Shown piece by piece: positions 9,576 through 18,436 of a stretch of DNA of 64,000 bases. A program made the translations under genes and the position numbers. The stretch's first letter is position 1. The number at the start of each line of letters is the position of its first letter. The stretch is from an uncultured Candidatus Saccharibacteria bacterium (GTDB lineage Bacteria > Patescibacteriota > Minisyncoccia > UBA6257 > 2-01-FULL-56-20): NCBI GenBank assembly GCA_964484655.1, contig CAZAFA010000002.1, forward strand, positions 24,130-88,129, read 5' to 3'. The notes beneath the pieces are model-generated. The model searched no databases and had not been told where the DNA came from. It saw nothing but the letters and a program-made list of their open reading frames with translations.

Positions 9576-10091
9576 ATGGTACTCAAATCCTTCGTGTACC
9601 TGATATTGGTAACGGTACACGGACTCGAAGGCCGATCTGGCTGGCGAGGATTCATGACGAGGAAGGGCATAGCCGTAATGCTCCGGCTGATGCCGAGCGT
9701 GCTGAGGAAGGCTGGCTGGGATCGGTCCCGCGATGCGCAGCTGGTCAACGTCGTCGCGCTCAGCTTCGTTCGCTACTACCGAAAGCCGCATGTCGCGCTT
9801 GCGCACCGCATAGCCACGGACCCGGGCTTCCCGGCGTACGTCCGCCTGAAAGCCGAGGCGCTGCTCGTCCTCGCCGGCGTCGGCAAGTCGGGAAAAGAGC
9901 GCGAGAAGCTCTTCGCGGACGGCCGGCAGGCTGAGCGGAGGAAGACCAGGATCTTCATGCTCGCAGCCGAAGCGTACTCGTCCCCGGAGCGCATGGCAGA
10001 TATCCGCGAGGAGGCTCTGGCGGTCGCAGGCAAGGATGAGGAGCTTAGGGCATGGCACTGCGTGCTATTCGATCATGCGCTTGAGCAGTAA
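9576..10091 (+). CDS. hypothetical protein
   Basis: ATG preceded by AAGGAGG. The first ~100 bp are distinctly lower GC. Ends just before tRNA-Leu. Confidence 0.4.
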   Translation: MVLKSFVYLILVTVHGLEGRSGWRGFMTRKGIAVMLRLMPSVLRKAGWDRSRDAQLVNVVALSFVRYYRKPHVALAHRIATDPGFPAYVRLKAEALLVLAGVGKSGKEREKLFADGRQAERRKTRIFMLAAEAYSSPERMADIREEALAVAGKDEELRAWHCVLFDHALEQ

Positions 10092-10121
10092 GGACACCTC
10101 GCGCCTTCGGGCGCGAACTCC

Positions 10122-10207
10122 GCCGAGGTGATGGAACTGGTAGACATACGCGACTCAAAATCGCGAGACCTTCACCGGTCGTGCGGGTTCGATCCCCGCC
10201 CTCGGCA
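10122..10207 (+). tRNA. tRNA-Leu (anticodon CAA)
   Basis: Acceptor GCCGAGG/CCTCGGC, anticodon stem CGCGA/TCGCG with loop CTCAAAA, long variable arm, T arm GCGGG-TTCGATC-CCCGC. Confidence 0.85.
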
Positions 10208-10277
10208 CCGTTGACGCCGTCCCCGCTCCCTCCTAGGGTGCGGGGAGTTTCGCATATTGAGAACGGAGAAGGGAAAT

Positions 10278-10943
10278 ATGGAGATACTGAACGTCGGAGG
10301 CGAGGAGATCGCCTTCGCGCACACGGGCGTCGTTCGTCAGACGCTCATCAACCATCCCCTAGCCGAGCCGCGGCAGGGAGAGAAGAAGCGGCGGTACCCG
10401 TCGGAGCGCGTCCCCTTCCTGCGGGCGCGCGTCGGCGGAGGGCTGTTCTTCGGGCAGCACGCGGACCGCCACAGCGGCGGCAAGCGCGTCAGCGGCATCC
10501 GCGAGCTGAAGGCGCACGGCGTCCCGCGGAAGACGACGCTCTTCAACGGGCGCGAGTTCTCGGCGGTCGCCGAGGAGGAGCTCGGAGCCATCGCGGATCA
10601 CCTGGTGGTCCCGGAGATACCGTACGGCGCGCTCGGCGAGAACCTCGTCGTCGCGGGCATAGACCGGTTCACGCAGCTCCCGCCGGGATCGCTGCTGTAC
10701 TTCTGGTCGCCCGCGGGCGAGCTGCGCGAAGCGATGCTCGCCGTCTGGCGCGAGAACGAACCCTGCCACATACCGGGGCAGATTCTCGAGGAGCGGTTCT
10801 TCCCGGATGAGTCCGGGCTGCCCCAGGCGTTCCAGAAGCTGCGCGAACTGGAGGTAGGGTTGCGCGGCATCGTCGGCTTCGTCTTCCGGGACGGCACGAT
10901 CCATCCCGGCGACATCGTCCGCGTGCAGCTGCCGTCACGATAG
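10278..10943 (+). CDS. MOSC-domain protein (putative)
   Basis: GENLVVAGID...LPPGSLL and a conserved Cys (EPCHIPGQ) near the C-terminus, as in YiiM/MOSC proteins. RBS GAGAAGGG lies upstream. Confidence 0.55.
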   Translation: MEILNVGGEEIAFAHTGVVRQTLINHPLAEPRQGEKKRRYPSERVPFLRARVGGGLFFGQHADRHSGGKRVSGIRELKAHGVPRKTTLFNGREFSAVAEEELGAIADHLVVPEIPYGALGENLVVAGIDRFTQLPPGSLLYFWSPAGELREAMLAVWRENEPCHIPGQILEERFFPDESGLPQAFQKLRELEVGLRGIVGFVFRDGTIHPGDIVRVQLPSR

Positions 10944-10944
10944 C

Positions 10945-10972
10945 GAAAGGCGCCCTGCGGGGCGCCTTTCCA
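10945..10972 (+). terminator. rho-independent terminator
   Basis: GAAAGGCGCCC-TGC-GGGGCGCCTTTCC followed by ATTT. Near-identical to the hairpin at 11757. Confidence 0.6.
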
Positions 10973-11036
10973 TTTGCCGAGCGGGACGCTAGGGTGGCCG
11001 CGGATACTATGCCAATTGGATAAGGAGGAGATTCGC

Positions 11037-11744
11037 ATGTTCGATACCCAGACCTTCCCCGGACAACGCTACGGGAAGGCGTTCTTCCCGGTCGTGCACG
11101 TCGCCGACCAGTACCAGGCGGTCCGCGACCTCGAGGTCGCCGCCTGGTCGGACGCCGACGGCGCGTTCCTGATAAGCCACGGCCCGATGCAGGCGGAGGA
11201 GCTCGCCGAGCTCTACGCGCTCTGCAAGGGCGTCGTGCCCGGCGCGTTCCTGCTCGGCGCGAACTTCTACCCGAAGCCGCTCCTGCAGGCGTTCGGCTAC
11301 GCGCCCAAGTGCGGCCTCGACGCCCTCTGGGCGGACGACGGCATGCCGCGGTACGACCCGCCCCGCCCGGCGACCGTCAACGACATCCGCGCGGAGTCGT
11401 CCTTCAGGGGGCTGCTCTTCGGCGGCCTCGCCTTCAAGGGGCAGCGCCAGGTGGACGACTCGCTCATACCGCAGGTCGTCGAGCTCGCGAAGGCGTGCAT
11501 GGATGTGATCGTCACGAGCGGTCCGGAGACCGGCACCGCGCCGGCGCTGCGCAAGATGGCGCTGCTGCGCGAATGCTGCGGGGATTTCCCGCTCGGCATC
11601 GCTTCGGGCATGACGCCGGAGAACATCCGCGACTTCCTGCCGTATGCGGACTGCTTCCTCGTGAACACGGGGATCAGCAGCGACGGCGGGCTTACGCTCG
11701 ACAAGCGGCTGACCCCGCGCATGGCGGAACTGATCCACACGTAG
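11037..11744 (+). CDS. putative TIM-barrel protein, BtpA/SgcQ-like
   Basis: RBS TAAGGAGGAG. Gly-rich segments DVIVTSGPETG...LGIASGMTPENI...FLVNTGI resemble BtpA-family barrels. Weak. Confidence 0.4.
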   Translation: MFDTQTFPGQRYGKAFFPVVHVADQYQAVRDLEVAAWSDADGAFLISHGPMQAEELAELYALCKGVVPGAFLLGANFYPKPLLQAFGYAPKCGLDALWADDGMPRYDPPRPATVNDIRAESSFRGLLFGGLAFKGQRQVDDSLIPQVVELAKACMDVIVTSGPETGTAPALRKMALLRECCGDFPLGIASGMTPENIRDFLPYADCFLVNTGISSDGGLTLDKRLTPRMAELIHT

Positions 11745-11756
11745 CGTGAAACGAAG

Positions 11757-11783
11757 AAAGGCGCCCCTGGGGCGCCTTTCCCT
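11757..11783. terminator. bidirectional terminator hairpin
   Basis: AAAGGCGCCCC-TGG-GGCGCCTTTCCC between convergent genes. Confidence 0.6.
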
Positions 11784-11795
11784 TCCCGCGCGCCG

Positions 11796-14102
11796 CTACT
11801 GCGGCGTGCTCGTCGTCGTGGTCGCGGCCGGAGTCTGCGCGCCGACTCCGCTGAGCGCGGGCCTGCCGGCGGTCACGTTGTCGAGCACCTGCCGGACCTC
11901 GGCGTTGTCCGGATTGTCCTTCGCGAGGCGCTCGAACGTGGCTACCGCCTGGTCGCGCATGCCCAGCTGGCTGTACGTGAGGCCGAGGAAGTAGCGCGCG
12001 TCGGCGAACCCTTCGTTGAGCGAGACGGCACGCTCGAAGTCAGCGCGCGCCTCGGCGTAGAGCTCGTTCTGATACAGGAGGAGCCCGACCTGGAAGGCGA
12101 GCTGCGGGTCCTGCGCGGCGAGCGCGCGAAGCTCCTGGACGCGCCCGAGCGCGCGGTCGCGGTCGCCGGCGGCGAAGTATCCCTGCGCCGAGAGGAACCG
12201 CGCATCGGCGTAGTCCCCCTTCAGCTCGAGCGCGGCGGCTGCCTGCTCCTGGGCCTTGGCGAACGCGTCGCCCGCGGGCTCGCCCTTCTGCGCGCGCGCC
12301 GAGGCGAGCGTCAGGTACGTGCGTGCGCGAGAGAGCGGCCAGAGCGGGCTGACCGGGTCGGCGGCGGACGCGCGGTCGTACGCCTCGATCGCCTTGTCCG
12401 AGGCGCCGTCGAGGTACGGCGTGAGCCCTTCGTAGATGCCGCCCAGGTTGCTCCAGTTGCCGGAGTCGTGGGGGTTGAGGACGGTGGCGCGCTGCGCGGC
12501 GGCGAGAGCCGCCTGGAGCAGGGACTGCAGCTGCTGCTGCGTCTCCTGGTCAGGAGCCGAGGTGGCCGCGGACGCCTTCGCCCGGAAGGAGTTGAGGAGC
12601 GCCTGCGAGAGGGAGCGCTGGTACGCGTCGGAGCGCTCATCCAGGTCCGCTGCGCGCGCGACCATGCGGAGCGCGCGGTCCGCGTCTCCCGCGGCGGCGG
12701 CGCGGCCGCCCAGCGCGAAGTACGAGGCGGCCGCATACCGCTCGCCGACCAGGTACAGGCCCGCGATGCCGCCCGCGGTGACGACGATCAGCGCCAGGAA
12801 GGTCGCGAAGAGCGGCATGGTGGACCGTCCCGAGAAGGAGACCTCCCGGCGGCGCCCCGCGATGCCGACGAGTAGGCCGAGGCCGAGCGCGCCGAGCGTC
12901 AGCTGCACGAACGAGCCGGGGTACACGAGGAGGCCGAGGCCCGCGAGGCCGGCGGCCATGATCGCGTAGGGCGCGGCCGGGTCGTCGAGGCGACGCCATG
13001 CCAGGGAGGCGCCGCCGACGAGCACGACGAGCCATGCGGCGAGCCCGAGGATGCCCGTGGTGACCGGGACGGTAGCGAGGTAGCTCACGCCCTGGTCGAA
13101 GCGCATCTGCCAGAACGGCGAGAGGTTCGACGCCGGCGTGCGATCCTTGGCGAACGCGTACGCGTACGTTCCGGGACCGGTGCCCTGGAGCGCCCGCTTG
13201 CTCGAGAGGACCTCCTTGACCGAGGAGAACGTCAGCGCGGTGCCCGGGCGCAGCTCGAGGCTGCTCACGGCGAAGGACGGGAGTCGCGGGCCGACCAGCA
13301 CGAAGACGAGCGCGATCAGGGAGAGGCCGAGCGGGATGCCGATGCTCGCGCGGCGCACGAAGCCCGATGCCGCGCAGAAGAGCGCGATGAGCGCCACCGC
13401 CACCCAGAGGATGCGGAAGTTCATGAGGATGAGCACGATCAGCGCGAGCGCGCCCGAGCCGAGGAGGAACGCCTGCGCGCGCGACCCGAGCGCCTGCAGC
13501 GGCACGAGGCACGCGATGCCGAGCGCGAGTACGGCCACGAAGCCGAGCTCCGCGATGGTCGCCGGCGCGTAGGTCAGCAGGACGGGCACGCCCATCAGGC
13601 CGATCGCGCCGAGGAGGCTGGCGATGCCCGCGCCCGCGACGAACGCGGTCAGGAGACGCACGAGGTCCGCGCGATCCGTGATAAAGACGGCGGCGAGGAC
13701 GAAGACGATCGCCGCGATCAGCACGTGCAGGAGGGCGTCCGGCGCCAGCAAGCCGCCGAAGAGCGACTGCGCCGGGGTGAGCGAGAACGCCGTCGAGATC
13801 GCGGTCGCGATCACCACCCCGAGCACGCCGGCGGATGCCCACGAGCCCGGATAGCTGAGGCGGCGGCGCTGCACCGTCTCGGCGAGGAGCGCCACGAGTC
13901 CGACGGTGGCGAGCACGGCCGCCAGGAGGACGCGCGCCGCGCCGGCGGGGCTGGCCGTCAGCGGGATGAAGAACCAGGGCAGCGCGAAGGCCAGGACCAG
14001 GAGCGAGCCGCGGCCGATGCGGCGCCAGGCCGAGACGCCTTCGCGGCGGGCGGGAGCGGTTGCTGCGGCGCGCTTGCGCGTCGCGCGTTCGTTGTCAGGC
14101 AT
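11796..14102 (-). CDS. O-antigen ligase (Wzy_C)-like polytopic membrane protein fused to C-terminal TPR repeats
   Basis: About 12 TM helices in the N-terminal 450 aa, then TPR-like repeats (ARYFLGLTYSQLG, AEARADFERAV). The start was moved to the internal ATG at 14102 because the 14192 start would overlap tRNA-Leu. Confidence 0.7.
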   Translation of the reverse strand: MPDNERATRKRAAATAPARREGVSAWRRIGRGSLLVLAFALPWFFIPLTASPAGAARVLLAAVLATVGLVALLAETVQRRRLSYPGSWASAGVLGVVIATAISTAFSLTPAQSLFGGLLAPDALLHVLIAAIVFVLAAVFITDRADLVRLLTAFVAGAGIASLLGAIGLMGVPVLLTYAPATIAELGFVAVLALGIACLVPLQALGSRAQAFLLGSGALALIVLILMNFRILWVAVALIALFCAASGFVRRASIGIPLGLSLIALVFVLVGPRLPSFAVSSLELRPGTALTFSSVKEVLSSKRALQGTGPGTYAYAFAKDRTPASNLSPFWQMRFDQGVSYLATVPVTTGILGLAAWLVVLVGGASLAWRRLDDPAAPYAIMAAGLAGLGLLVYPGSFVQLTLGALGLGLLVGIAGRRREVSFSGRSTMPLFATFLALIVVTAGGIAGLYLVGERYAAASYFALGGRAAAAGDADRALRMVARAADLDERSDAYQRSLSQALLNSFRAKASAATSAPDQETQQQLQSLLQAALAAAQRATVLNPHDSGNWSNLGGIYEGLTPYLDGASDKAIEAYDRASAADPVSPLWPLSRARTYLTLASARAQKGEPAGDAFAKAQEQAAAALELKGDYADARFLSAQGYFAAGDRDRALGRVQELRALAAQDPQLAFQVGLLLYQNELYAEARADFERAVSLNEGFADARYFLGLTYSQLGMRDQAVATFERLAKDNPDNAEVRQVLDNVTAGRPALSGVGAQTPAATTTTSTPQ

Positions 14103-14158
14103 GTAGGCGTGATGAAGGGGTATGCCCGTCCAGTATACCCGATAGGGGCGCCGCGCTG

Positions 14159-14241
14159 TGCCCGGGGTGGGAGTCGAACCCACATGGCGCAAGCCAGAAA
14201 GGTTTAAGCTTTCCGTGTATAACCAGTTCCACCACCCGGGC
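14159..14241 (-). tRNA. tRNA-Leu (anticodon TAA)
   Basis: Reverse-complement cloverleaf: acceptor GCCCGGG/CCCGGGC, anticodon stem GAAAG/CTTTC with loop CTTAAAC, long variable arm, T arm GTGGG-TTCGACT-CCCAC. Confidence 0.85.
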
Positions 14242-14256
14242 TGGGAAGATGACCTG

Positions 14257-14327
14257 AGGCCTGAGCGGGAATCGAACCCGCGATGGAGGATTTGCAGTCC
14301 TCTGCCTTACCACTTGGCTATCAGGCC
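14257..14327 (-). tRNA. tRNA-Cys (anticodon GCA)
   Basis: Reverse complement GGCCTGATAGCC...GAGGA-CTGCAAA-TCCTC...GCGGG-TTCGATT-CCCGC-TCAGGCC. Confidence 0.8.
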
Positions 14328-14421
14328 GCCGCGGGCATTCTAGCGGTTTTGACAGTGCTGGAAAGACCGCATCTAATGAGCCCGGCTATATGCTAGAAGC
14401 TTGAAAAGGAGGAAGAAGGAT

Positions 14422-15060
14422 ATGGATGGTAGCAAAGGCTACGAAAACGCGGGGAAGATCCGTGACGACGTCGTCGGCCTCGCGAACGAGGCCGCGAAGC
14501 GGCACGACTTCGATACGCTCAGGCTCATCAGGCGTCGGCTGGCGCTCGGGCCCGGCATCAACAGGGTGCAGGAACTGGAGTGTCCGACCTACCGGATCCT
14601 GACGGGATTCGCGAAGGACCTCGATGCCCTCTGGGGCTATCTCAAGGAGGGGGCGCGCCTGCCGCCTGACGAGCAGGTGCAGGAGAGGCTCCGCGCGACG
14701 CTAGCGCATCTCATCGAGGACATGCAGCATCGCGGCCGCAGGATGATGCAGCGCGAAGAGACGGTCATGTGCGTCACGCCTGAGGATCTCGGCTGGAGCA
14801 CGGAAGAGGTCACGCTGCACCGTTTCCATCTCGCGGCCGACGCCTGCGGACTCGAACGATGCGATCCCGACGTCGTGGCGATGGCAATCCTCAACGACGT
14901 TCCGTACGACGCGACGTTCCTGACCGGCGTCCTCGAGCATGACGAGCTGCTCCGCAGCGCGCGAGGCAGCCTCGTTGATGAGCGCCCGATGCTCACGCTT
15001 GAGCATACGACCGGCAACCTGAGGCCGCGCGCCAAGGTCCTCTGCCAGAGGAAGAAATAA
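14422..15060 (+). CDS. hypothetical protein
   Basis: ATG preceded by AAAAGGAGGAAG. ~60% GC, lower than surroundings. Confidence 0.4.
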   Translation: MDGSKGYENAGKIRDDVVGLANEAAKRHDFDTLRLIRRRLALGPGINRVQELECPTYRILTGFAKDLDALWGYLKEGARLPPDEQVQERLRATLAHLIEDMQHRGRRMMQREETVMCVTPEDLGWSTEEVTLHRFHLAADACGLERCDPDVVAMAILNDVPYDATFLTGVLEHDELLRSARGSLVDERPMLTLEHTTGNLRPRAKVLCQRKK

Positions 15061-15080
15061 GAATAAGAGAAAAGGAGGGC

Positions 15081-15446
15081 CTAGCCCTCCTTTTCCGTCT
15101 CTCCGCCCTTATCCGCCTCCTGTGCTTTCAGGAGCGCCGCCTCCACGGCCGCCGCGTTCTGCAATCCCCGGTCCGCCTTGAAGACAAGCTCGGGGATGAG
15201 GCGGATCGGTATCGGCTTGATGAGGAGGTGCCGGAGCATGCCGCGCGCGCCGTTGAGGCGCCCGACGACGTGGTCCGCCTGCTCGTCCGGCAGCACCGAG
15301 ACGTGCACCGTCGCGACGTCGCGCTTCTGGTTGAGCTCGACCTCCGTGATGGTCGGCAGCGCGCCGGGGAATTCCATCTCCTTGAGAATCGCGCGAGAGA
15401 GCTCGTCCCGGATCTGCGCGGCGAGGCGTTCCTCCCGGTAGAGCAT
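15081..15446 (-). CDS. rbfA: ribosome-binding factor A
   Basis: Immediately downstream of infB with a 1-nt gap. RAILKEM...ITEVELNQKRDVATVHVSV fits RbfA. Confidence 0.85.
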   Translation of the reverse strand: MLYREERLAAQIRDELSRAILKEMEFPGALPTITEVELNQKRDVATVHVSVLPDEQADHVVGRLNGARGMLRHLLIKPIPIRLIPELVFKADRGLQNAAAVEAALLKAQEADKGGETEKEG

Positions 15447-15447
15447 G

Positions 15448-16893
15448 CTACTGCTGCTCGATGCGAAGATCGTCGCCGACGGCGATCTCCACCGGGCTGT
15501 TCACCACGAGGCCGATCTCCATGACGGCCTCCGCTTCCTGGATCGTGTCCTTCTGCTGGCGGATCGTCGTGATGCGCCCGCGCCCGATGCGCTCGCCGTC
15601 GCGGAAGATCGCGAAGGTCATCTTCGGCTTCATGACGCCGACCTCGAGCCGTCCGCCGACGAGCTGCTCGTCGAGGCGCTTCTGGTTGAAGAGCGCGAGG
15701 ACGGACAGGCGCGCGAGCACGTCCGGGTCCCCGTCCTCGGCGAGCAGCGCCTCAAGCGCCTGCACGAGCTCGTAGACGATCTCGGACGTGAAGATCCTCA
15801 CCTTGTGCACGTCGGCGAACGCCGCGGCGGACTTCTCCGCCTTCGTCTTGAAGCCGATCACCACCGCGCCCGTCTGCTGCGCGAGACGCACGTCCGCGTC
15901 GGCGATCTCGCCCACCGAGCCGGCGAGCACCTTCACGGGGACGTCCTTGGGGCCCGACATCGCGGAGACGATCTGCGTGAGCACCTCGAGGCTGCCCGCG
16001 TCGCTCGCCTTGAGGATTACCGGGAAGACCGCATCGGTCGGTGCTACGTACTCGTTGACGAGCTCCGCCTTCCCCTCCTGCTCGGTGAGATGGACCAGGT
16101 CGCCAGCGGTCAGCTCCTCGCCGACGCGCGGAAGCGAGTCGAAGCCCACCACGAGCGCTGGAGCGCCCGCGGGCACGGCCTTGGCGGGCTTGCCGAGGAA
16201 ATCCTCGAGCACCTTCGCCTTGCCGGAGGCCGTCGGCGTCGCGACCGCGTCCCCGTAGCGGAGCGTGCCGTCCGTGACGATCACCACCGCCTCGTTGCCG
16301 CGACGCTTGTTGGCGCGGGCTTCGAGCACGACGCCCTCGGCGGGCGCGGCGGGGTCGTAGGTGAGGTCCTCGACCTCGGCCGCGAGCACGAGCAGGTCGA
16401 GGAGGTCGTTGACGCCCTCGCCGGTGATGCCGGATACCGCCTGGTAGCTGACGTCGCCGCCGTACCCTTCGACGAGCACGCCGATGGCGGCGAGGTCGCC
16501 CTTCGCCTTCTCGACGTTCGCGCCAGGCGCGTCGATCTTCGTGAAGGCAACAACGAACGGCGTCTTGCTCTCGAGGAGGATCTTCGCCGCCTCCTCCGTC
16601 TGCGGCTTCACGCCCTCGGTCGCGGCGACCACCAGCACCGCGAGGTCCGCGACGTGCGCGCCGCGGCTGCGCATGTTGGTGAACGCTTCGTGGCCAGGCG
16701 TGTCGATGAAGGTCAGGACCGCGTCGCCGTGCTTCGCCTGGTACGCCGAGATGGCCTGGGTAATACCCCCTGCCTCGCGCGCGGCGACGTTGGCCTTCCG
16801 GACGTAGTCGAGGAGCGTCGTCTTGCCGTGATCGACGTGCCCCATGATGACCACCACCGGCGGCCGCTTGATGCGGGTCTCTGCCATAGCCAC
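15448..16893 (-). CDS. infB: translation initiation factor IF-2, short form beginning at the G domain
   Basis: [20 protein letters not shown]1, DTPGHEAF G3, NKID G4. Only 481 aa with no N-terminal extension. Confidence 0.9.
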   Translation of the reverse strand: MAMAETRIKRPPVVVIMGHVDHGKTTLLDYVRKANVAAREAGGITQAISAYQAKHGDAVLTFIDTPGHEAFTNMRSRGAHVADLAVLVVAATEGVKPQTEEAAKILLESKTPFVVAFTKIDAPGANVEKAKGDLAAIGVLVEGYGGDVSYQAVSGITGEGVNDLLDLLVLAAEVEDLTYDPAAPAEGVVLEARANKRRGNEAVVIVTDGTLRYGDAVATPTASGKAKVLEDFLGKPAKAVPAGAPALVVGFDSLPRVGEELTAGDLVHLTEQEGKAELVNEYVAPTDAVFPVILKASDAGSLEVLTQIVSAMSGPKDVPVKVLAGSVGEIADADVRLAQQTGAVVIGFKTKAEKSAAAFADVHKVRIFTSEIVYELVQALEALLAEDGDPDVLARLSVLALFNQKRLDEQLVGGRLEVGVMKPKMTFAIFRDGERIGRGRITTIRQQKDTIQEAEAVMEIGLVVNSPVEIAVGDDLRIEQQ

Positions 16894-16948
16894 GCCAGCC
16901 TAGCGGAGGCCGCCTTTACAGGCAAGGAAAATGGGGCGATTTGCAGTC

Positions 16949-17542
16949 CTAGGCTCCCCAGGTCTCGTCCTCCTTGTCGCGCACGGGCCTGGTGCCGGTG
17001 ATCAGCTGCATGATCCAGGCCGGGATGCCCGAGCGCAGGAACACGAAGAAGACGAGGAGGGCCAGGAGGAGCACCTCCGCCATGCGGAGATAGTGGAGCA
17101 CCGGCAGGAGGGTGAGATGCGCCACGACCGCCAGGGAGCAGATCGACGCGAACCAGAAGGCGGTGGCAGGCAGGTCCAGCAGGAAGTAGCGCTTCACGGG
17201 AAAGCGCTCCATGCCGAAGCGGAGCTGTATGGGGCGGTGGAGCCCGTACGTGATCTTGCTCAGGAACAGCATCCGGCGCGGATGCCGCTCGATGCGGCCG
17301 TCCATGATGCGCGTGATCGCGCGCAGCGTCTTCCCGTAGCGGCTCTCGGGATTGATGCAGGTGCCCAGCGCGTACCAGAGCAGGTCGCCGAGCAGCGCGC
17401 CCGCGACCGCGAGCGGGAGCGCGATCCACCAGACGAGCTTGCCCGTGAGCGCGAGGAAAGTGACGCCGAACAGGAGCAGGTCGCCCTCGAAGAGCATGCC
17501 GGCGAATATGCCGGCATACGGAAGGAGAGAGGGCGGGAGCAT
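16949..17542 (-). CDS. DedA/SNARE-associated (VTT) family membrane protein
   Basis: FEGDLLLFGVTFLALTGKL followed by multiple TM helices. Confidence 0.55.
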   Translation of the reverse strand: MLPPSLLPYAGIFAGMLFEGDLLLFGVTFLALTGKLVWWIALPLAVAGALLGDLLWYALGTCINPESRYGKTLRAITRIMDGRIERHPRRMLFLSKITYGLHRPIQLRFGMERFPVKRYFLLDLPATAFWFASICSLAVVAHLTLLPVLHYLRMAEVLLLALLVFFVFLRSGIPAWIMQLITGTRPVRDKEDETWGA

Positions 17543-17560
17543 GCCCCCAGTATAACCGGG

Positions 17561-17899
17561 CTAGCGGGCGTAGGACCCGATTCGCAGGCTCGCGAAGGTC
17601 TCCGCGGCCTTCCCGCCCGCGATGCGCTCGGAGGCCTCGGTGGCGTCCGTGCCGCAGATCGTCGCCGAGCTGGGGTTCTCCTGCACGTACCGGGTGAAGT
17701 CGTATACGCCGTCGCCGATGGCGGCGTAGCAGCGCTCGGTCGTGCTGGCTGAGCTCAGGTCCTCGAAGGTGTACGAGGTCTGAACGGGATTCTGCGGCTC
17801 CGACGGGGCGCGACGCGAATAGGCGTATATGCCCCCGATGACGAGCACGGCGAGCACGAGGATCGCGACGAGTGGTGCGGTGTTCTTTTTCTGGTTCAT
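17561..17899 (-). CDS. membrane-anchored cytochrome b5-like domain protein lacking the HPGG heme motif
   Basis: N-terminal TM, then YTFEDLSSASTTERCYAAIGDGVYDFTRYVQENPS. This parallels the b5 fold pattern (VYDVTxFxxxHPGG), but the His is replaced. Confidence 0.4.
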   Translation of the reverse strand: MNQKKNTAPLVAILVLAVLVIGGIYAYSRRAPSEPQNPVQTSYTFEDLSSASTTERCYAAIGDGVYDFTRYVQENPSSATICGTDATEASERIAGGKAAETFASLRIGSYAR

Positions 17900-18436
17900 G
17901 ATCTAAGTGAAGCACGCGAGAGAGAAAAGCGACACCTCCCGGAGGGGAGGTGTCGCGAACGGTCAGGCGGTCCTGTGCGCGGGCAGTTCGAAAAGAAGTA
18001 TCGATTTATCGGAGCGGTTCCGGCTTCAGTGACCTGACGCGTTCCCCTGTTGCTGTTCAGTAGTCGTACTGGTCGCCCGCATCGGCTTCCGGTGGCGGTT
18101 CCCGGGTCGGTCCGCGGTATGGCGGGTCCGGGAAGCGGCGGAGGCGAGCTGGGCCGAGTGCGCTGCGTCGTGGTGTTCAGATTCCCCTTCTGGTTCCCGG
18201 ATCGCCTTGTAAGGCGGCGATACGGATACGACGGAGCGGTAGCGCTACGGATGCCGGTCAGCAGCTTCCTGCCAAATCCCCTCTACACGTCTCGTGCGCT
18301 GTCATAGCTCAGCAAGGCGCTGGTGAGCATCCGGAGATAGATGACGTCTGAATCGTGTGCTTGCGGATGAGCGACTGGTGATGTTTTGATCGCGATCACT
18401 TACTGGTACGCCGTCCGGGCCGGGTTTCTTTCACGG

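Noticed and set aside
11741-11760. CGTGAAACG resembling half a parS site
   Set aside because: Only a half-site. No TGTTTCAC-GTGAAACA palindrome here or elsewhere in the window.
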